The notes beneath the pieces were generated by a model. It was not told the origin of the DNA, did no database searches, and saw only the letters and a program-made list of their open reading frames with translations. Positions 8,191-17,738 of a stretch of DNA of 49,874 bases are shown here, one piece after another. Location of the stretch: positions 1 to 49,874 of the forward strand of contig JAJZQS010000003.1 in assembly GCA_021806745.1 (NCBI GenBank), read 5' to 3'. How positions within the stretch are numbered: the first letter of the stretch is position 1; each line of letters opens with the position of its first letter. The position numbers and the translations under genes were made by a program. The DNA is from a bacterium (GTDB lineage Bacteria > Elusimicrobiota > Elusimicrobia > UBA1565 > UBA9628).

Positions 8191-9406
8191 CGGGGATCCG
8201 TTTCTTGAAATCTTCGGGAAATCGCTGGAGATAGGCGCGCGAGACCATGCCCACGGTGTCGCCGAGGGCGCAGATCGTCTTGCCGGTGACGTTCTCCCCC
8301 AGGCGCGTCAAGTTCGGGATGTCCTCGCTCACGCCGCCGCCCGACATCACTCGCTCGAGAATCTCCACGGTCCAGACCGCGCCCTCGCGGCAGGGCGTGC
8401 ACTGGCCGCAGGACTCGTGGGCGAGGAAGCGCTCGATGTTGTGCGCGACATCGACCGCGTCGGCGGTCTCGTCGAGAACGATCATGCCGCCCGCGCCCAG
8501 GAAAGTCCCCGCGGCGCGGATCTGGTCGAAGTCGAGCTTCAAATCGAGGTCTTTCTCCATCAGCGGCGGCATCGAGGTGCCGCCGGGAATCACGCACTTG
8601 AGTTTGTGGCCCTCGCGCACGCCGCCGGCCTCGGCCAGAACCGCGCGCAGCGTGCTGCCCATGGGCACCTCGTAAATGCCCGGGTTGCGGACATGTCCGG
8701 AGACGGAAAAGACCACGGTTCCGCCGTTCTTGGGAGAACCGATCTTGGCGAAGGCTTCTCCGCCCTCGCGCAGGATGAACGGCAGCATCGACAAAGTCTC
8801 GACGTTGTTGACGACCGTGGGCTTTCCCATCAACCCGGCGACGGTCGGAAAAGGCGGGGGCTGGCGCGGCCAGGCCTTCTTACCCTCCATGGTTTCCAGA
8901 AGCGCCGTGTCCAGACCCGAAATGTAGGCGCCGGCGCCGCGCATCAAATCGATGGAGGCGTGCTTGGTGAGTCCGGCGGCGTTCGCCTCATCGATGGCGC
9001 GGCGCAAGACGTCGTACTGATTTTGGTATTCGCCGCGGATGAAGATGTAGGTCTCTTTGGCCCCGAGCGCGTGGGCGGCGATGAGCAGGCCCTCGATGAG
9101 TTGGTGCGGCGCGCGCGTGACGAGCACTCGATCCTTGAAGCAGCCGGGCTCGGACTCGTCGCAATTGACGACCACGTAGCGGGGACCCGGAACCTTGTCG
9201 ACGGGAGGCACCGTGCCCCACTTGGCTCCGGTCGGGAATCCCGCGCCGCCGAGGCCGCGCAGGTTGGACTTGAGCACCTCGGCCGTCACCTCGGCGGGAG
9301 CCATCGTCAGCGCCTTGGCCAGGCCCTTGTAGCCGTCCAGGCGGCGGTAGGTCTCAAGCTCGTGGAGCTTGGGCTCGTCGAAATGCTTCGTGAGGATCTT
9401 GGTCAC
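8174..9406 (-). CDS. nuoF: NADH-quinone oxidoreductase subunit F (divergent nucleotide-binding motifs)
   Basis: LRGLGGAGFPTG, NCDESEPGCFKDR, NNVET, ESCGQCTPCREG...ICALGD. Confidence 0.92.
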   Translation of the reverse strand: MTKILTKHFDEPKLHELETYRRLDGYKGLAKALTMAPAEVTAEVLKSNLRGLGGAGFPTGAKWGTVPPVDKVPGPRYVVVNCDESEPGCFKDRVLVTRAPHQLIEGLLIAAHALGAKETYIFIRGEYQNQYDVLRRAIDEANAAGLTKHASIDLMRGAGAYISGLDTALLETMEGKKAWPRQPPPFPTVAGLMGKPTVVNNVETLSMLPFILREGGEAFAKIGSPKNGGTVVFSVSGHVRNPGIYEVPMGSTLRAVLAEAGGVREGHKLKCVIPGGTSMPPLMEKDLDLKLDFDQIRAAGTFLGAGGMIVLDETADAVDVAHNIERFLAHESCGQCTPCREGAVWTVEILERVMSGGGVSEDIPNLTRLGENVTGKTICALGDTVGMVSRAYLQRFPEDFKKRIPDGQKS

Positions 9407-9897
9407 TTCTTGCCTTTTTTAAGCGCGGCGATCGCGGCCGCGTCCGCGCGGCCGATGAGGCGGTCGTTGACGAGCAGGGCCGGCGCCTGCTCGCAGGCGC
9501 CCAGGCACTCCATCGCCTCCCAGGAAAATTCCCCGTCCGCGGTGCAGGTCTTTTCCGGCACGCCCAAAGTCTCGCGCAGCGCCTTTTCGGCCGCGTCGGA
9601 GCCGGCCAGCCAGCACGACAGGCCGTGGCAGAGGCCCACGCGCTTGCGCCCGGTCTGCCACTGCGTGAAGCTCGGGAAAAAAGTGGCCACGCCCCAGACG
9701 CGGTTGAACGGCAGGCCGAAGATCTCGGCCACGCGCGCGGCGTCGGCCTCGGTGATGCGGCGGTGCCAGTCCTGGACCGCGCGCAAAGCCTCGACCAAGC
9801 CCATGTTCGAGTGCGGGTAGCGCTTGGTCCAGGCGACGAGCTCCTTCTCCTGCTCCGGCGTGAACGGCGTCTTCGACTTGGTCGCGGTCGCGCTCAT
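9403..9897 (-). CDS. nuoE: NADH-quinone oxidoreductase subunit E
   Basis: VATFF, CHGLSC and ECLGACEQAP 2Fe-2S ligands. ATG 9897 overlaps the nuoD stop. Confidence 0.9.
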   Translation of the reverse strand: MSATATKSKTPFTPEQEKELVAWTKRYPHSNMGLVEALRAVQDWHRRITEADAARVAEIFGLPFNRVWGVATFFPSFTQWQTGRKRVGLCHGLSCWLAGSDAAEKALRETLGVPEKTCTADGEFSWEAMECLGACEQAPALLVNDRLIGRADAAAIAALKKGKK

Positions 9898-11243
9898 CGG
9901 TCCAACTCCCCGGCGATCATGTTCACCGAGCCGAACGTGGGGATCACGTCGGCGATCATCGAGCCGCGCAGCAGGTGCGGCAGCGCGGCCATGATGTAGA
10001 GGCACGGCGGCCGGCAGCGCACGCGGTAAGGGCCGTCGGAGCCGTCGCTGACGATGTGAAAGCCCAACTCCCCGTTGCCGCCCTCGACGGCGAAGTATCC
10101 CTCGGACGGCGGGATCTTGATGCCCCAGCTCCACATGACCAGCTCGAAATGGTTCATCAAGCCTTCGATGTTGCCGTAGGTCTGCTCCTTGGGCGGCAAG
10201 GTCGCCCAGCGGTCGGGGGCGCGCACCACGCCGAAGGTGTCCTTGCCCATGCCTTCGAGAGTCTTGTCCACCTTGGCCGAGTACTTCTGAAGCAGGGCGG
10301 TGTCGCCGCGCTTGCCCATGTCCTCGAACTCGTAGGCGTATTTCATCTCGGCCGCCGAAAGCGAGTGCGGGCCCTCGGGAATCTGCTTGAGCGCCTGCTC
10401 GATGATGCGCAGCGACTGCTCGATCTCGGCCATCCGGCACAGGTAGCGGTCGAAGTTGTCGCCGGTCGTGCCGACGGGAATCTCGAAGTCGAAGCGGTCG
10501 TAGATCAGATACGGGTGCGCGCGGCGCACGTCGTAGGGCACGCCGGAGGAGCGCAGGAACGGGCCGGTCACGCCGAAGGCGAGGGCGTCCTCCTTGCTCA
10601 GCACGCCGGTCCCGTCCACGCGGTCCATGAAGATGCGGTTGCGCGTCAGCAGTCGGTCGGACTCTGAGACGGCCTCGCGCACCTGGGCCGCGACGACCGC
10701 GAATTTTTCGGCGAAATCGGGCGGCAGGTCGCCCTTGACGCCGCCCACGCGCGTGAACGCGGTCGTGATGCGGGCGCCGGTCAGTTGGTCGACGAGTTGA
10801 TACAGGTACTCGCGCGCCTTGATCATGTACAGGAACACCGTGAAGGCGCCCAGCTCCATCGCCGAGGCGCCCACGCAGGTCAGGTGGTCGGTCACGCGCG
10901 AGATTTCGCAGGCGATCACGCGTATGTACTGGCCGCGCTCGGGGACCTCGATGCCGGCCAGGCGCTCCACGGCCAGCGCGTAGCCGACGTTGTTGATCAG
11001 AGGCGAGACATAGTTGAGCCGGTCGGTCCAGGGCACGACGTTGTTCCAAGTCTCGGATTCGGCGTGCTTCTCGAAGGCTCGGTGCAGGTAGCCGATCTCG
11101 CAGTCGACGTCGACGATGCGCTCGCCTTCGAGCTCCAGCATGAGGCGCACGACGCCGTGCATGGCCGGGTGCTGGGGACCCATGTTGAGCATGAAGGTCC
11201 TGCGGTCGCGTGCGGCGGGAGCGTCGGCGGTGGTCGTGGTCAT
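9894..11243 (-). CDS. nuoD: NADH-quinone oxidoreductase subunit D
   Basis: LNMGPQHPAMHGV, GYLHR, DRLNY, GPYRVRCR, GELDR C-terminus. Confidence 0.95.
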   Translation of the reverse strand: MTTTTADAPAARDRRTFMLNMGPQHPAMHGVVRLMLELEGERIVDVDCEIGYLHRAFEKHAESETWNNVVPWTDRLNYVSPLINNVGYALAVERLAGIEVPERGQYIRVIACEISRVTDHLTCVGASAMELGAFTVFLYMIKAREYLYQLVDQLTGARITTAFTRVGGVKGDLPPDFAEKFAVVAAQVREAVSESDRLLTRNRIFMDRVDGTGVLSKEDALAFGVTGPFLRSSGVPYDVRRAHPYLIYDRFDFEIPVGTTGDNFDRYLCRMAEIEQSLRIIEQALKQIPEGPHSLSAAEMKYAYEFEDMGKRGDTALLQKYSAKVDKTLEGMGKDTFGVVRAPDRWATLPPKEQTYGNIEGLMNHFELVMWSWGIKIPPSEGYFAVEGGNGELGFHIVSDGSDGPYRVRCRPPCLYIMAALPHLLRGSMIADVIPTFGSVNMIAGELDR

Positions 11244-11244
11244 G

Positions 11245-11379
11245 TCAGAACCTGATCTTGGGCAAAGTCAGGAAATCTTTCTTGAAGCCCGTCTCGGTGT
11301 TGCGCATGCTGATGGTGCTGCAGCCCGCCGCAGCCAGCGCCAGCGCGAGGAGCAGACCCAGGGGAGCGATCATTCTCAT
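11245..11379 (-). CDS. Small predicted lipoprotein (44 aa) inside the nuo operon
   Basis: MRMIAPLGLLLALALAAAGCSTISMRNTETGFKKDFLTLPKIRF with lipobox AAG|C. Start overlaps the nuoC stop (ATGA); stop is 1 nt before the nuoD ATG. Confidence 0.75.
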   Translation of the reverse strand: MRMIAPLGLLLALALAAAGCSTISMRNTETGFKKDFLTLPKIRF

Positions 11380-11867
11380 TCCCCCACGACCGTCGGGCGC
11401 AGAATGTTGAACGACGGGCTGTCGGCCTTCTCGCCGCTCTTGGGGCCGATCAGCGGCTGGCGCTTGGCGATCGGATAATCCTTGCGCAGCGGGTGGCCGA
11501 CGAAGGATTCGTACATCAAAAGACGCTTGATGTCGGGCCGGTCGATGAAACCGACGCCGAACATGTCCCAAACCTCGCGCTCCAGCCAGTCCGCGACCGG
11601 CCACAGGTCGCGCACCGAGCGCAGGACCGGCTCGACGCCCACCGCGCAGTGGACCTCGACGCGGCCCAGATCGCGGCCTTCGGCCGCGTCGAGCTTCATG
11701 ACGCGATAGATCACATCGAAACGCGGCTCGCGCTTGAGCGCGAGATAGTCGACGCAGGTGAGGTCGACGAGCACGTTGTAGCCCTCGGCCTTCAGCGCGG
11801 CCATCCCATCGTGGAGGTCCGCCGCGGCGATGTCTCGCCGCTCGCCCGCAATCGCCGCACCGCTCAT
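11376..11867 (-). CDS. nuoC: NADH-quinone oxidoreductase subunit C
   Basis: DLTCVDY, WLEREVWDMFG, GHPLRKDYP. Confidence 0.93.
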   Translation of the reverse strand: MSGAAIAGERRDIAAADLHDGMAALKAEGYNVLVDLTCVDYLALKREPRFDVIYRVMKLDAAEGRDLGRVEVHCAVGVEPVLRSVRDLWPVADWLEREVWDMFGVGFIDRPDIKRLLMYESFVGHPLRKDYPIAKRQPLIGPKSGEKADSPSFNILRPTVVGE

Positions 11868-12364
11868 CCCAGGACCTCCGTGGTCCGCCGCGGCCGTCCA
11901 CCGGTCTTTTGGATTTTCTCCTGAAGAAGAACCAGGCCCTGGATCACGGTCTCGGGACGCGGCGGGCAACCGGGGATGTAGAGATCCACCGGCACGATCG
12001 TGTCGATGCCCTGCACCGTCGAGTAGTTGTTGTAGAAGCCGCCGGTGCACGTGCACACGCCGAAGGCGATCACCCACTTGGGCTCGGCCATCTGGTCGTA
12101 GATGCGGCGCAAGACGGGCGCGATCTTGTGGCTGATCGTGCCCACCACCATCAGGCAGTCGGCCTGGCGCGGCGAGAAGCGCGGGAAGCCCGCGCCGAAG
12201 CGATCCAAATCGTAATGGCTGGCGGCCGTGGACATGAACTCCATGCCGCAACAGGCGGTCACGAACGGGTACTGGAAGATCGAGTACTTGCGCGCCCAGC
12301 CCAGCGCCGCGTCGATCTGAGTGGTCATCGTGCCCGCGGGCGCGATCGTCTCTTCTAGCGGCAT
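11864..12364 (-). CDS. nuoB: NADH-quinone oxidoreductase subunit B
   Basis: ACCGMEF, SPRQAD, QMAEPKWVIAFGVC, PVDLYIPGCPPRPE. Confidence 0.95.
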   Translation of the reverse strand: MPLEETIAPAGTMTTQIDAALGWARKYSIFQYPFVTACCGMEFMSTAASHYDLDRFGAGFPRFSPRQADCLMVVGTISHKIAPVLRRIYDQMAEPKWVIAFGVCTCTGGFYNNYSTVQGIDTIVPVDLYIPGCPPRPETVIQGLVLLQEKIQKTGGRPRRTTEVLG

Positions 12365-12717
12365 TCCAGGACTCCCTTGCGCCAGAAATAGGCCAGCATC
12401 ATCAAAACAACGACGGTGAAGGCCGTGATCGCCCAAAGCGCGGCCAAATCCAGAGAACCGCGGTTGAGCGCCCAGGGCAGGAAAAACGCCAGGTCCACGT
12501 CGAAGACCACGAACAAGACCGCGAAGCGGTGGTAGAGGGCGGTCATGCGTTCGTGAGCCGGAGACAGCGGCGGCATGCCGGTCTCATAGGGCATGTCCGC
12601 GTCCCCGCGGTGAACGGAGTGCGGGCCCAGGAGCTTGCCGGCGCTGATGAACACCCCGGTCAGGCCCAGCACGGCCAACGCGTCGACGGCCAGAGCGAAC
12701 AGCGCGATCGAGTTCAC
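12355..12717 (-). CDS. nuoA: NADH-quinone oxidoreductase subunit A
   Basis: PYETG, LFVVFDVD, PWA, YFWRKGVLE. GTG 12717 overlaps the nuoN stop (GTGA). Confidence 0.9.
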   Translation of the reverse strand: MNSIALFALAVDALAVLGLTGVFISAGKLLGPHSVHRGDADMPYETGMPPLSPAHERMTALYHRFAVLFVVFDVDLAFFLPWALNRGSLDLAALWAITAFTVVVLMMLAYFWRKGVLECR

Positions 12718-14066
12718 GGGCGAATCCTCAACAGCGGCGCCAAACCAAGGACGACGGCGCCAACCGCGCACGCCAGCACCAAGATGCGTTCCCGCGCGCG
12801 CGCGGACGCGTCGATGGGAGCGCAGTTCGCGGCCGGGACTTCGAAATACATGTCGCGCACCAAGCCCAGATAGTAGCCCAGAGACACGATCGAGGCCAGC
12901 GCCGCCAGCGCGGCCGGCCAGACGAGGCCGGCGCGCAGGGACTGCCAGAACACGAGCAGCTTGGCCATGAATCCGCCCGTGGGCGGGATGCCGCCCAGAG
13001 CGAAGAGCAATGCAGCGAAAGCCGCCGCCGTTCCACCCGAGCGCGCGGCCCACCCCTTGAGGTCGTCGCGCGTCTGCACTCCGGTCGCGGCGACGAACAA
13101 AAACGCGCCATTGCTCATCAGCGCGTAGGCGGCCAGATAGAACAGGATCGCCCGCAGAGCGTCCGGATCTCCGCCAAGACGCGCCCACGCGCCCACGCCC
13201 AGAACCAGCAGTCCCGCGTGGGACAAAGACGAGTAGGCGAGCAGGCGCCGCAGGCCCTTCTGGCGCAGCGCCAGCGCGGCGCCGTAGAGCGCGGTGGCCG
13301 CGCCCAGCCACGGCAGAACGACCGCGAACATCGGATCCGGCGCGATCTGAACCAGCCGGACCAGGAAGAGCACGGCCGCCGCCTTCATGGACGTCGACAG
13401 AAAACCCGAGACTTCCGGGGAGGCCGCCTCATACACGTCGGGCAGCCACCAGTGCAGGGGCACCGCGCCGATCTTGAAAAGCGCCGCCGCGGCCATCAAG
13501 GACACTCCCGCGCGGCCCAGGCCGCCGAGCGCGCCGGCGCCCGGCCCCAAACGCCCCGTCTCGCCGTAGTAGAGCGCGAGGCCGAACAGGAACAGCGCCC
13601 CGGCCATCGCGCCCGCGAAGAAGTACTTGACCGCCGCCTCGAGCCTGCGCGAGCGGCCCTGCGCGCCGGCGCGCGCGACCAAGAGGTAGGCCGGCAGCGA
13701 CATGAACTCCAGGCCCACGAAGAGCATCACCAAATTCCCGGCCGCGCACAACAGACCCATGCCCAAGGTCGCGCCCAGAAACAGCGCCGTCTCCACGTCA
13801 TCGCCGGACGAGCAAATCGCCAACGGCAACGCGCCCGCGTAGATGACCAACTGCCAAGCCAGACCCTTGAAATCGACGTCGACAAGCGGCGGCAGATAGG
13901 CCGGCACGACCAAGCGCAACGCCGCGAGCGCGGCCAGCGGAGCCAGCACGGCCAGCGCTCGCGCCCACATCGGGCTTGGCCGCGCCATCAGCCCCAGACC
14001 CAGCGCGCCGAACACGCCCGCGGCCAAGACCGCCTGCGGCGCCAACGCGATCGCGAGTCCGGTCAT
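12714..14066 (-). CDS. nuoN: NADH-quinone oxidoreductase subunit N
   Basis: FVGLEFMSL, EAAVKYF, FKIGAVPLHWWLPDVYE, RRLLAYSS.SH, GIPPTGGFMAK. Confidence 0.92.
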   Translation of the reverse strand: MTGLAIALAPQAVLAAGVFGALGLGLMARPSPMWARALAVLAPLAALAALRLVVPAYLPPLVDVDFKGLAWQLVIYAGALPLAICSSGDDVETALFLGATLGMGLLCAAGNLVMLFVGLEFMSLPAYLLVARAGAQGRSRRLEAAVKYFFAGAMAGALFLFGLALYYGETGRLGPGAGALGGLGRAGVSLMAAAALFKIGAVPLHWWLPDVYEAASPEVSGFLSTSMKAAAVLFLVRLVQIAPDPMFAVVLPWLGAATALYGAALALRQKGLRRLLAYSSLSHAGLLVLGVGAWARLGGDPDALRAILFYLAAYALMSNGAFLFVAATGVQTRDDLKGWAARSGGTAAAFAALLFALGGIPPTGGFMAKLLVFWQSLRAGLVWPAALAALASIVSLGYYLGLVRDMYFEVPAANCAPIDASARARERILVLACAVGAVVLGLAPLLRIRP

Positions 14067-15523
14067 CGCACAAGCCCCTGCAGCGACGGCGCCAGCGTCG
14101 CCAGCCACGGCTGCGGCGCCAAGCCGATCCACAACATCAACGCGCACAGCGTCCACAGGATGGCCGACTCGCGCCCGCCCAAATCGAAGACTTTCGGACT
14201 GACGGAATTGGGCCCCTCGGCCGCCCAGAACACGGATTGGAACGCGGGCAACGCGTACGCGGCGGCCAAGGTCACGCCGATCGCGCCGATGAGAGCGTAG
14301 AAAGGAAGGCCGCCGAAGAGAATCGGCGACTGCGCCGCGCCCGACAGGCACATGAACTCGCCGACGAAGCCGTTGAGCCCCGGCAATCCGATGGAGGCCA
14401 GGATCGAGAAGCCGAAGAAGAAGGCCATGCGCGGCGCGCGCGTGGCCAGCGCACCGAAGTCGGAAAGGCCGCGGCGGTGAGCGCGCTCGTAGAGGAAACC
14501 CACGAGCAAAAACAGCGCGCCCGTCGTGACGCCGTGGTTGATCATCAGCAAGGCCGCTCCGGCCAGTCCCTGAGCGGTCCCGGAGAAAACCCCGATGAGG
14601 CAAAAACCCAGATGCGCGATCGATGAATAGGCGATCAGACGCTTGAGGTCGGTCTGCGCCATCGCGCACAGAGCGCCGTAAACCGCGTTGACGCCGGCAA
14701 GCAGCGCCAGGATCGGCATCCACGCCGCGGCCGCTCCCGGCACCAGCGGCAACGCCACGCGAATGATGCCGTAAACCCCCATCTTGAGCATCACGCCGGC
14801 CAGCATCACCGAGCCGGCGGCGGGCGCTTCGGTGTGGGCGTCGGGAAGCCAGGTGTGCAGCGGCACCATCGGCACTTTCACGCCGAAGCCCGCCATCAGC
14901 GCCAGCAAAATCCACGGCGCGCCCGCGCCCAAGTCCGTGCCGGTCAGTTCCGGCAGGCTCCAAGTCCACACGCCCGTCGCGCGCTGATGGGCGATCACGA
15001 CGGCAAGCAAAGCCAGCAGCATGAAAATCGAGCCGGTGAAGGTGAACAGGAAGAATTTCAGCGCCGCCTTGCGCCGGTTGTCCGAACCCCAGAGGCCGAT
15101 GATGAAGAACATCGGAATCAACGAGGCCTCCCAGAACACGTAGAAGAGGAAAAGGTCGCGGGCGAGGAAGACACCGTTGACCGCCGCGGCCAGCGCTTGG
15201 AACGCCGCCCAGTAGCCGGCGGGAACCTCGAGCTCCCAGGACGCGAACGCGCAGATCAGGTTCAGGAACGCGGTCAGCGCGACCAGCGCCAGCGAAAGGC
15301 CGTCGGCCGACAACGAATAGGAAATTCCAAACAACCCCGACGCGCCGCCCTCCACGAGCAGGCCCGCGCCGTGGGAGACCAAGATCGGCCTCAGCGCGGC
15401 CATGGAAAGTCCCAACGCGGCCAGGCTGAAAACGAGCGCGGTCCAGCGCGCCGCGCGCCCCGACAGCGCGCACGCCGCAGCTCCCAGCGCCGGCACGGCC
15501 CACAGCGAGGTCAACAGGCTCAT
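14063..15523 (-). CDS. nuoM: NADH-quinone oxidoreductase subunit M
   Basis: FYVFWEASLIPM, KVPMVPLHTWLPDAHTEAP, LKMG, DLKRLIAYSS, GLPGLNGFVGE. Confidence 0.95.
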   Translation of the reverse strand: MSLLTSLWAVPALGAAACALSGRAARWTALVFSLAALGLSMAALRPILVSHGAGLLVEGGASGLFGISYSLSADGLSLALVALTAFLNLICAFASWELEVPAGYWAAFQALAAAVNGVFLARDLFLFYVFWEASLIPMFFIIGLWGSDNRRKAALKFFLFTFTGSIFMLLALLAVVIAHQRATGVWTWSLPELTGTDLGAGAPWILLALMAGFGVKVPMVPLHTWLPDAHTEAPAAGSVMLAGVMLKMGVYGIIRVALPLVPGAAAAWMPILALLAGVNAVYGALCAMAQTDLKRLIAYSSIAHLGFCLIGVFSGTAQGLAGAALLMINHGVTTGALFLLVGFLYERAHRRGLSDFGALATRAPRMAFFFGFSILASIGLPGLNGFVGEFMCLSGAAQSPILFGGLPFYALIGAIGVTLAAAYALPAFQSVFWAAEGPNSVSPKVFDLGGRESAILWTLCALMLWIGLAPQPWLATLAPSLQGLVR

Positions 15524-17445
15524 CGCGCCGCCCCCAAGGCCAGCAGCAGCGCCGCACCGGCCGCCATCCACCACAAAGCCTCGTTCAACCGGCCGCGTGC
15601 GGCGTCGGAAAACAACGAGCCCGCGGCCTGCACGACGCGGCCGCTGCCCTCGATGGCGCCGTCCCACCACTTCTTGTCGAGCACGCGCCCGACGAAATCC
15701 GCCAGCGACGACACGCCGCGCGCAAACCAGTCCACCAAGGTCTTCCAGCCGAAATCGGAGTCGAACACGCGCTCGAGCGCCGGCGAGGACTTGCGCCAGC
15801 GCCAGTCCCAGCCCGCGTCAACCATCGTCAGCGCGTAGGCCGCGGCGGCGCCCAGAGCGGCCATGCCCATGCCGATGAGCAGCGCCTTCAGCGCGACGCC
15901 GGGAATTTCCGTGGAGCCGGGAAGATTCATCGTCTGCGCGTAGCCGGGAATGCCCACCGGCAGCGCCGTCCAGCCGCCGGCGACGAGAGTCTCGACGACC
16001 GGCCGAGCGGCGCCGATGACGACCGCGCCCAACGCCAGCAGCCCGACCGGCGCCAAAAGGCCAGAGCCGGACTCGTGCGGGTGCGCCGAAAGGCCTTTCT
16101 GCTCCGGACGCTCTCCGTGGAAGGTCAAGAACAGCATCCGGAAGATGTAGAACGCCGAGCCCGCCGAGATCAGCAGGCCCGACAGCGCGAACAACCCTCC
16201 ACGCTCCATCGCCGCATCGACGATCGCGTCCTTGCTGAAAAACCCTCCGAACGGGAAAATGCCGGCCAGCGACAGCGACGCCGCGACGAAAAACACGTAG
16301 GTCCACGGCAGGGCCTTGCGCCAACCGCCCACCTCGTCGACGTTGGCCGTGGGCTGGTGAATCGCGTGGCCGACGTTGCCCGCGCAAAGGAACAACGCCG
16401 CCTTGAAGAATCCGTGCACGATCAGATGGAAGATCGCCACCGACACGCGGCCCAGCCCCAGCGCCAGCATCATCAGGCCCAGGTGGCTGACGGTCGAGTA
16501 CGCGAGGATGCGCTTGAGGTCCTTGCGCGTGCCCGCGACGATCGCCGAGGAGACCGCGGTGAACGCACCGATTCCGGCCACGAGGTCGGGCAGGCCCGGC
16601 ACCGCCGCGATCAGCGGCCAGGAGCGCACGAGCAAAAAAACGCCGGCCGTCACCATGGTGGCCGCGTGCATCAGCGCCGAGGTGGGCGTGGGGCCTTCCA
16701 TCGCGTCGGGCAGCCAGAAATAGAGCGGGAACTGCGCGGACTTCGCGCACGCGGCCCAGATCAACAGCAAACCGATGGCCGGCAAGAACTGCGGCGCATG
16801 TCCCGCGGCCGTCGCACGCGCAACCAGGAAATAAAGGAGGTGGAAGTGCGTGATCTTGAAGGAGTCGATGATCAGCAGGATGGCCAGCAGGAAGCCGAAG
16901 TCACCGACGCGGTTCGTCAGGAACGCCTTCAGCGCGGCCTTGCGCGCGCTTTCCTTGTGGTACCAGAAACCGATGAGCAGATAGGACGCCGCGCCGACCA
17001 GTTCCCAGAAGAGGTAGAGCTGAACGTAGTTGTTGGCGGTGAGAAGCCCGATCATCGCCAGGAAAAACAGATGGAAGACCAGCATGAAGCGAGAAAAACC
17101 AGGGTCTCCCTCCATGTAGGACGCCGCGTAGAGGTGTATGAGCGAGCCGACCACGGCCACCATCGACAAGACGGCCACCCCGGGGCCGTCGATGCGCAGG
17201 CCGAAGTCCACGCCCCAGGAGCCGACTCCCGCCCAACGGTAAAAATTCAGGTCGAAACTTCCGCCCATCAGCACGCGCTGAAGCAGCAGCAGCGCGCAAA
17301 CGGTCACGACCGCGCAGGAGGCGAGAATGGGCAGGTGCGTCCACTCGGGTTTGAGCGGGCGCACGACGAACATCCCGATCAAGATCGCGCTCACGGGCGC
17401 CAAGAAAAGCAACCATGCCGCCCACGGCACTTGAGCGGCGTTCAT
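15520..17445 (-). CDS. nuoL: NADH-quinone oxidoreductase subunit L
   Basis: FWELVG, AFLTNRVGD, KSAQFPL..WLPDAMEGPTP, HAATMVTAG, GFFSKD. Confidence 0.95.
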   Translation of the reverse strand: MNAAQVPWAAWLLFLAPVSAILIGMFVVRPLKPEWTHLPILASCAVVTVCALLLLQRVLMGGSFDLNFYRWAGVGSWGVDFGLRIDGPGVAVLSMVAVVGSLIHLYAASYMEGDPGFSRFMLVFHLFFLAMIGLLTANNYVQLYLFWELVGAASYLLIGFWYHKESARKAALKAFLTNRVGDFGFLLAILLIIDSFKITHFHLLYFLVARATAAGHAPQFLPAIGLLLIWAACAKSAQFPLYFWLPDAMEGPTPTSALMHAATMVTAGVFLLVRSWPLIAAVPGLPDLVAGIGAFTAVSSAIVAGTRKDLKRILAYSTVSHLGLMMLALGLGRVSVAIFHLIVHGFFKAALFLCAGNVGHAIHQPTANVDEVGGWRKALPWTYVFFVAASLSLAGIFPFGGFFSKDAIVDAAMERGGLFALSGLLISAGSAFYIFRMLFLTFHGERPEQKGLSAHPHESGSGLLAPVGLLALGAVVIGAARPVVETLVAGGWTALPVGIPGYAQTMNLPGSTEIPGVALKALLIGMGMAALGAAAAYALTMVDAGWDWRWRKSSPALERVFDSDFGWKTLVDWFARGVSSLADFVGRVLDKKWWDGAIEGSGRVVQAAGSLFSDAARGRLNEALWWMAAGAALLLALGAAR

Positions 17446-17738
17446 CCGCGCAACTCCGAAAGCTCGCCCGCGTCGAGGCCACGCCCCGAGCGCAAAACGC
17501 GCAGGATCAGCGACAAGCCCACCACCGCCTCGGCCGCCGCGACGGCCAGAACGACGGCCACCGCGGCCAGCGCCTCGGGGTCCATGAAGCGGCAGGCGCC
17601 CCGCACGAGCGCCAAGTCGGCCGCCGCCACCATCAACTCGACGCCCAACAGCATCGCCAACATCTGGCGGCGCAACACGACCGTCGCCAGGCCCACCGCG
17701 AACAGAGCGCCCGAGGTCGCCCAAACCGCGCCGCTCAC
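17442..17738 (-). CDS. nuoK: NADH-quinone oxidoreductase subunit K
   Basis: LRRQ..MLLGVELM, VAAAEAVVGL, ELRG end. GTG start overlaps the nuoJ stop. Confidence 0.88.
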   Translation of the reverse strand: MSGAVWATSGALFAVGLATVVLRRQMLAMLLGVELMVAAADLALVRGACRFMDPEALAAVAVVLAVAAAEAVVGLSLILRVLRSGRGLDAGELSELRG

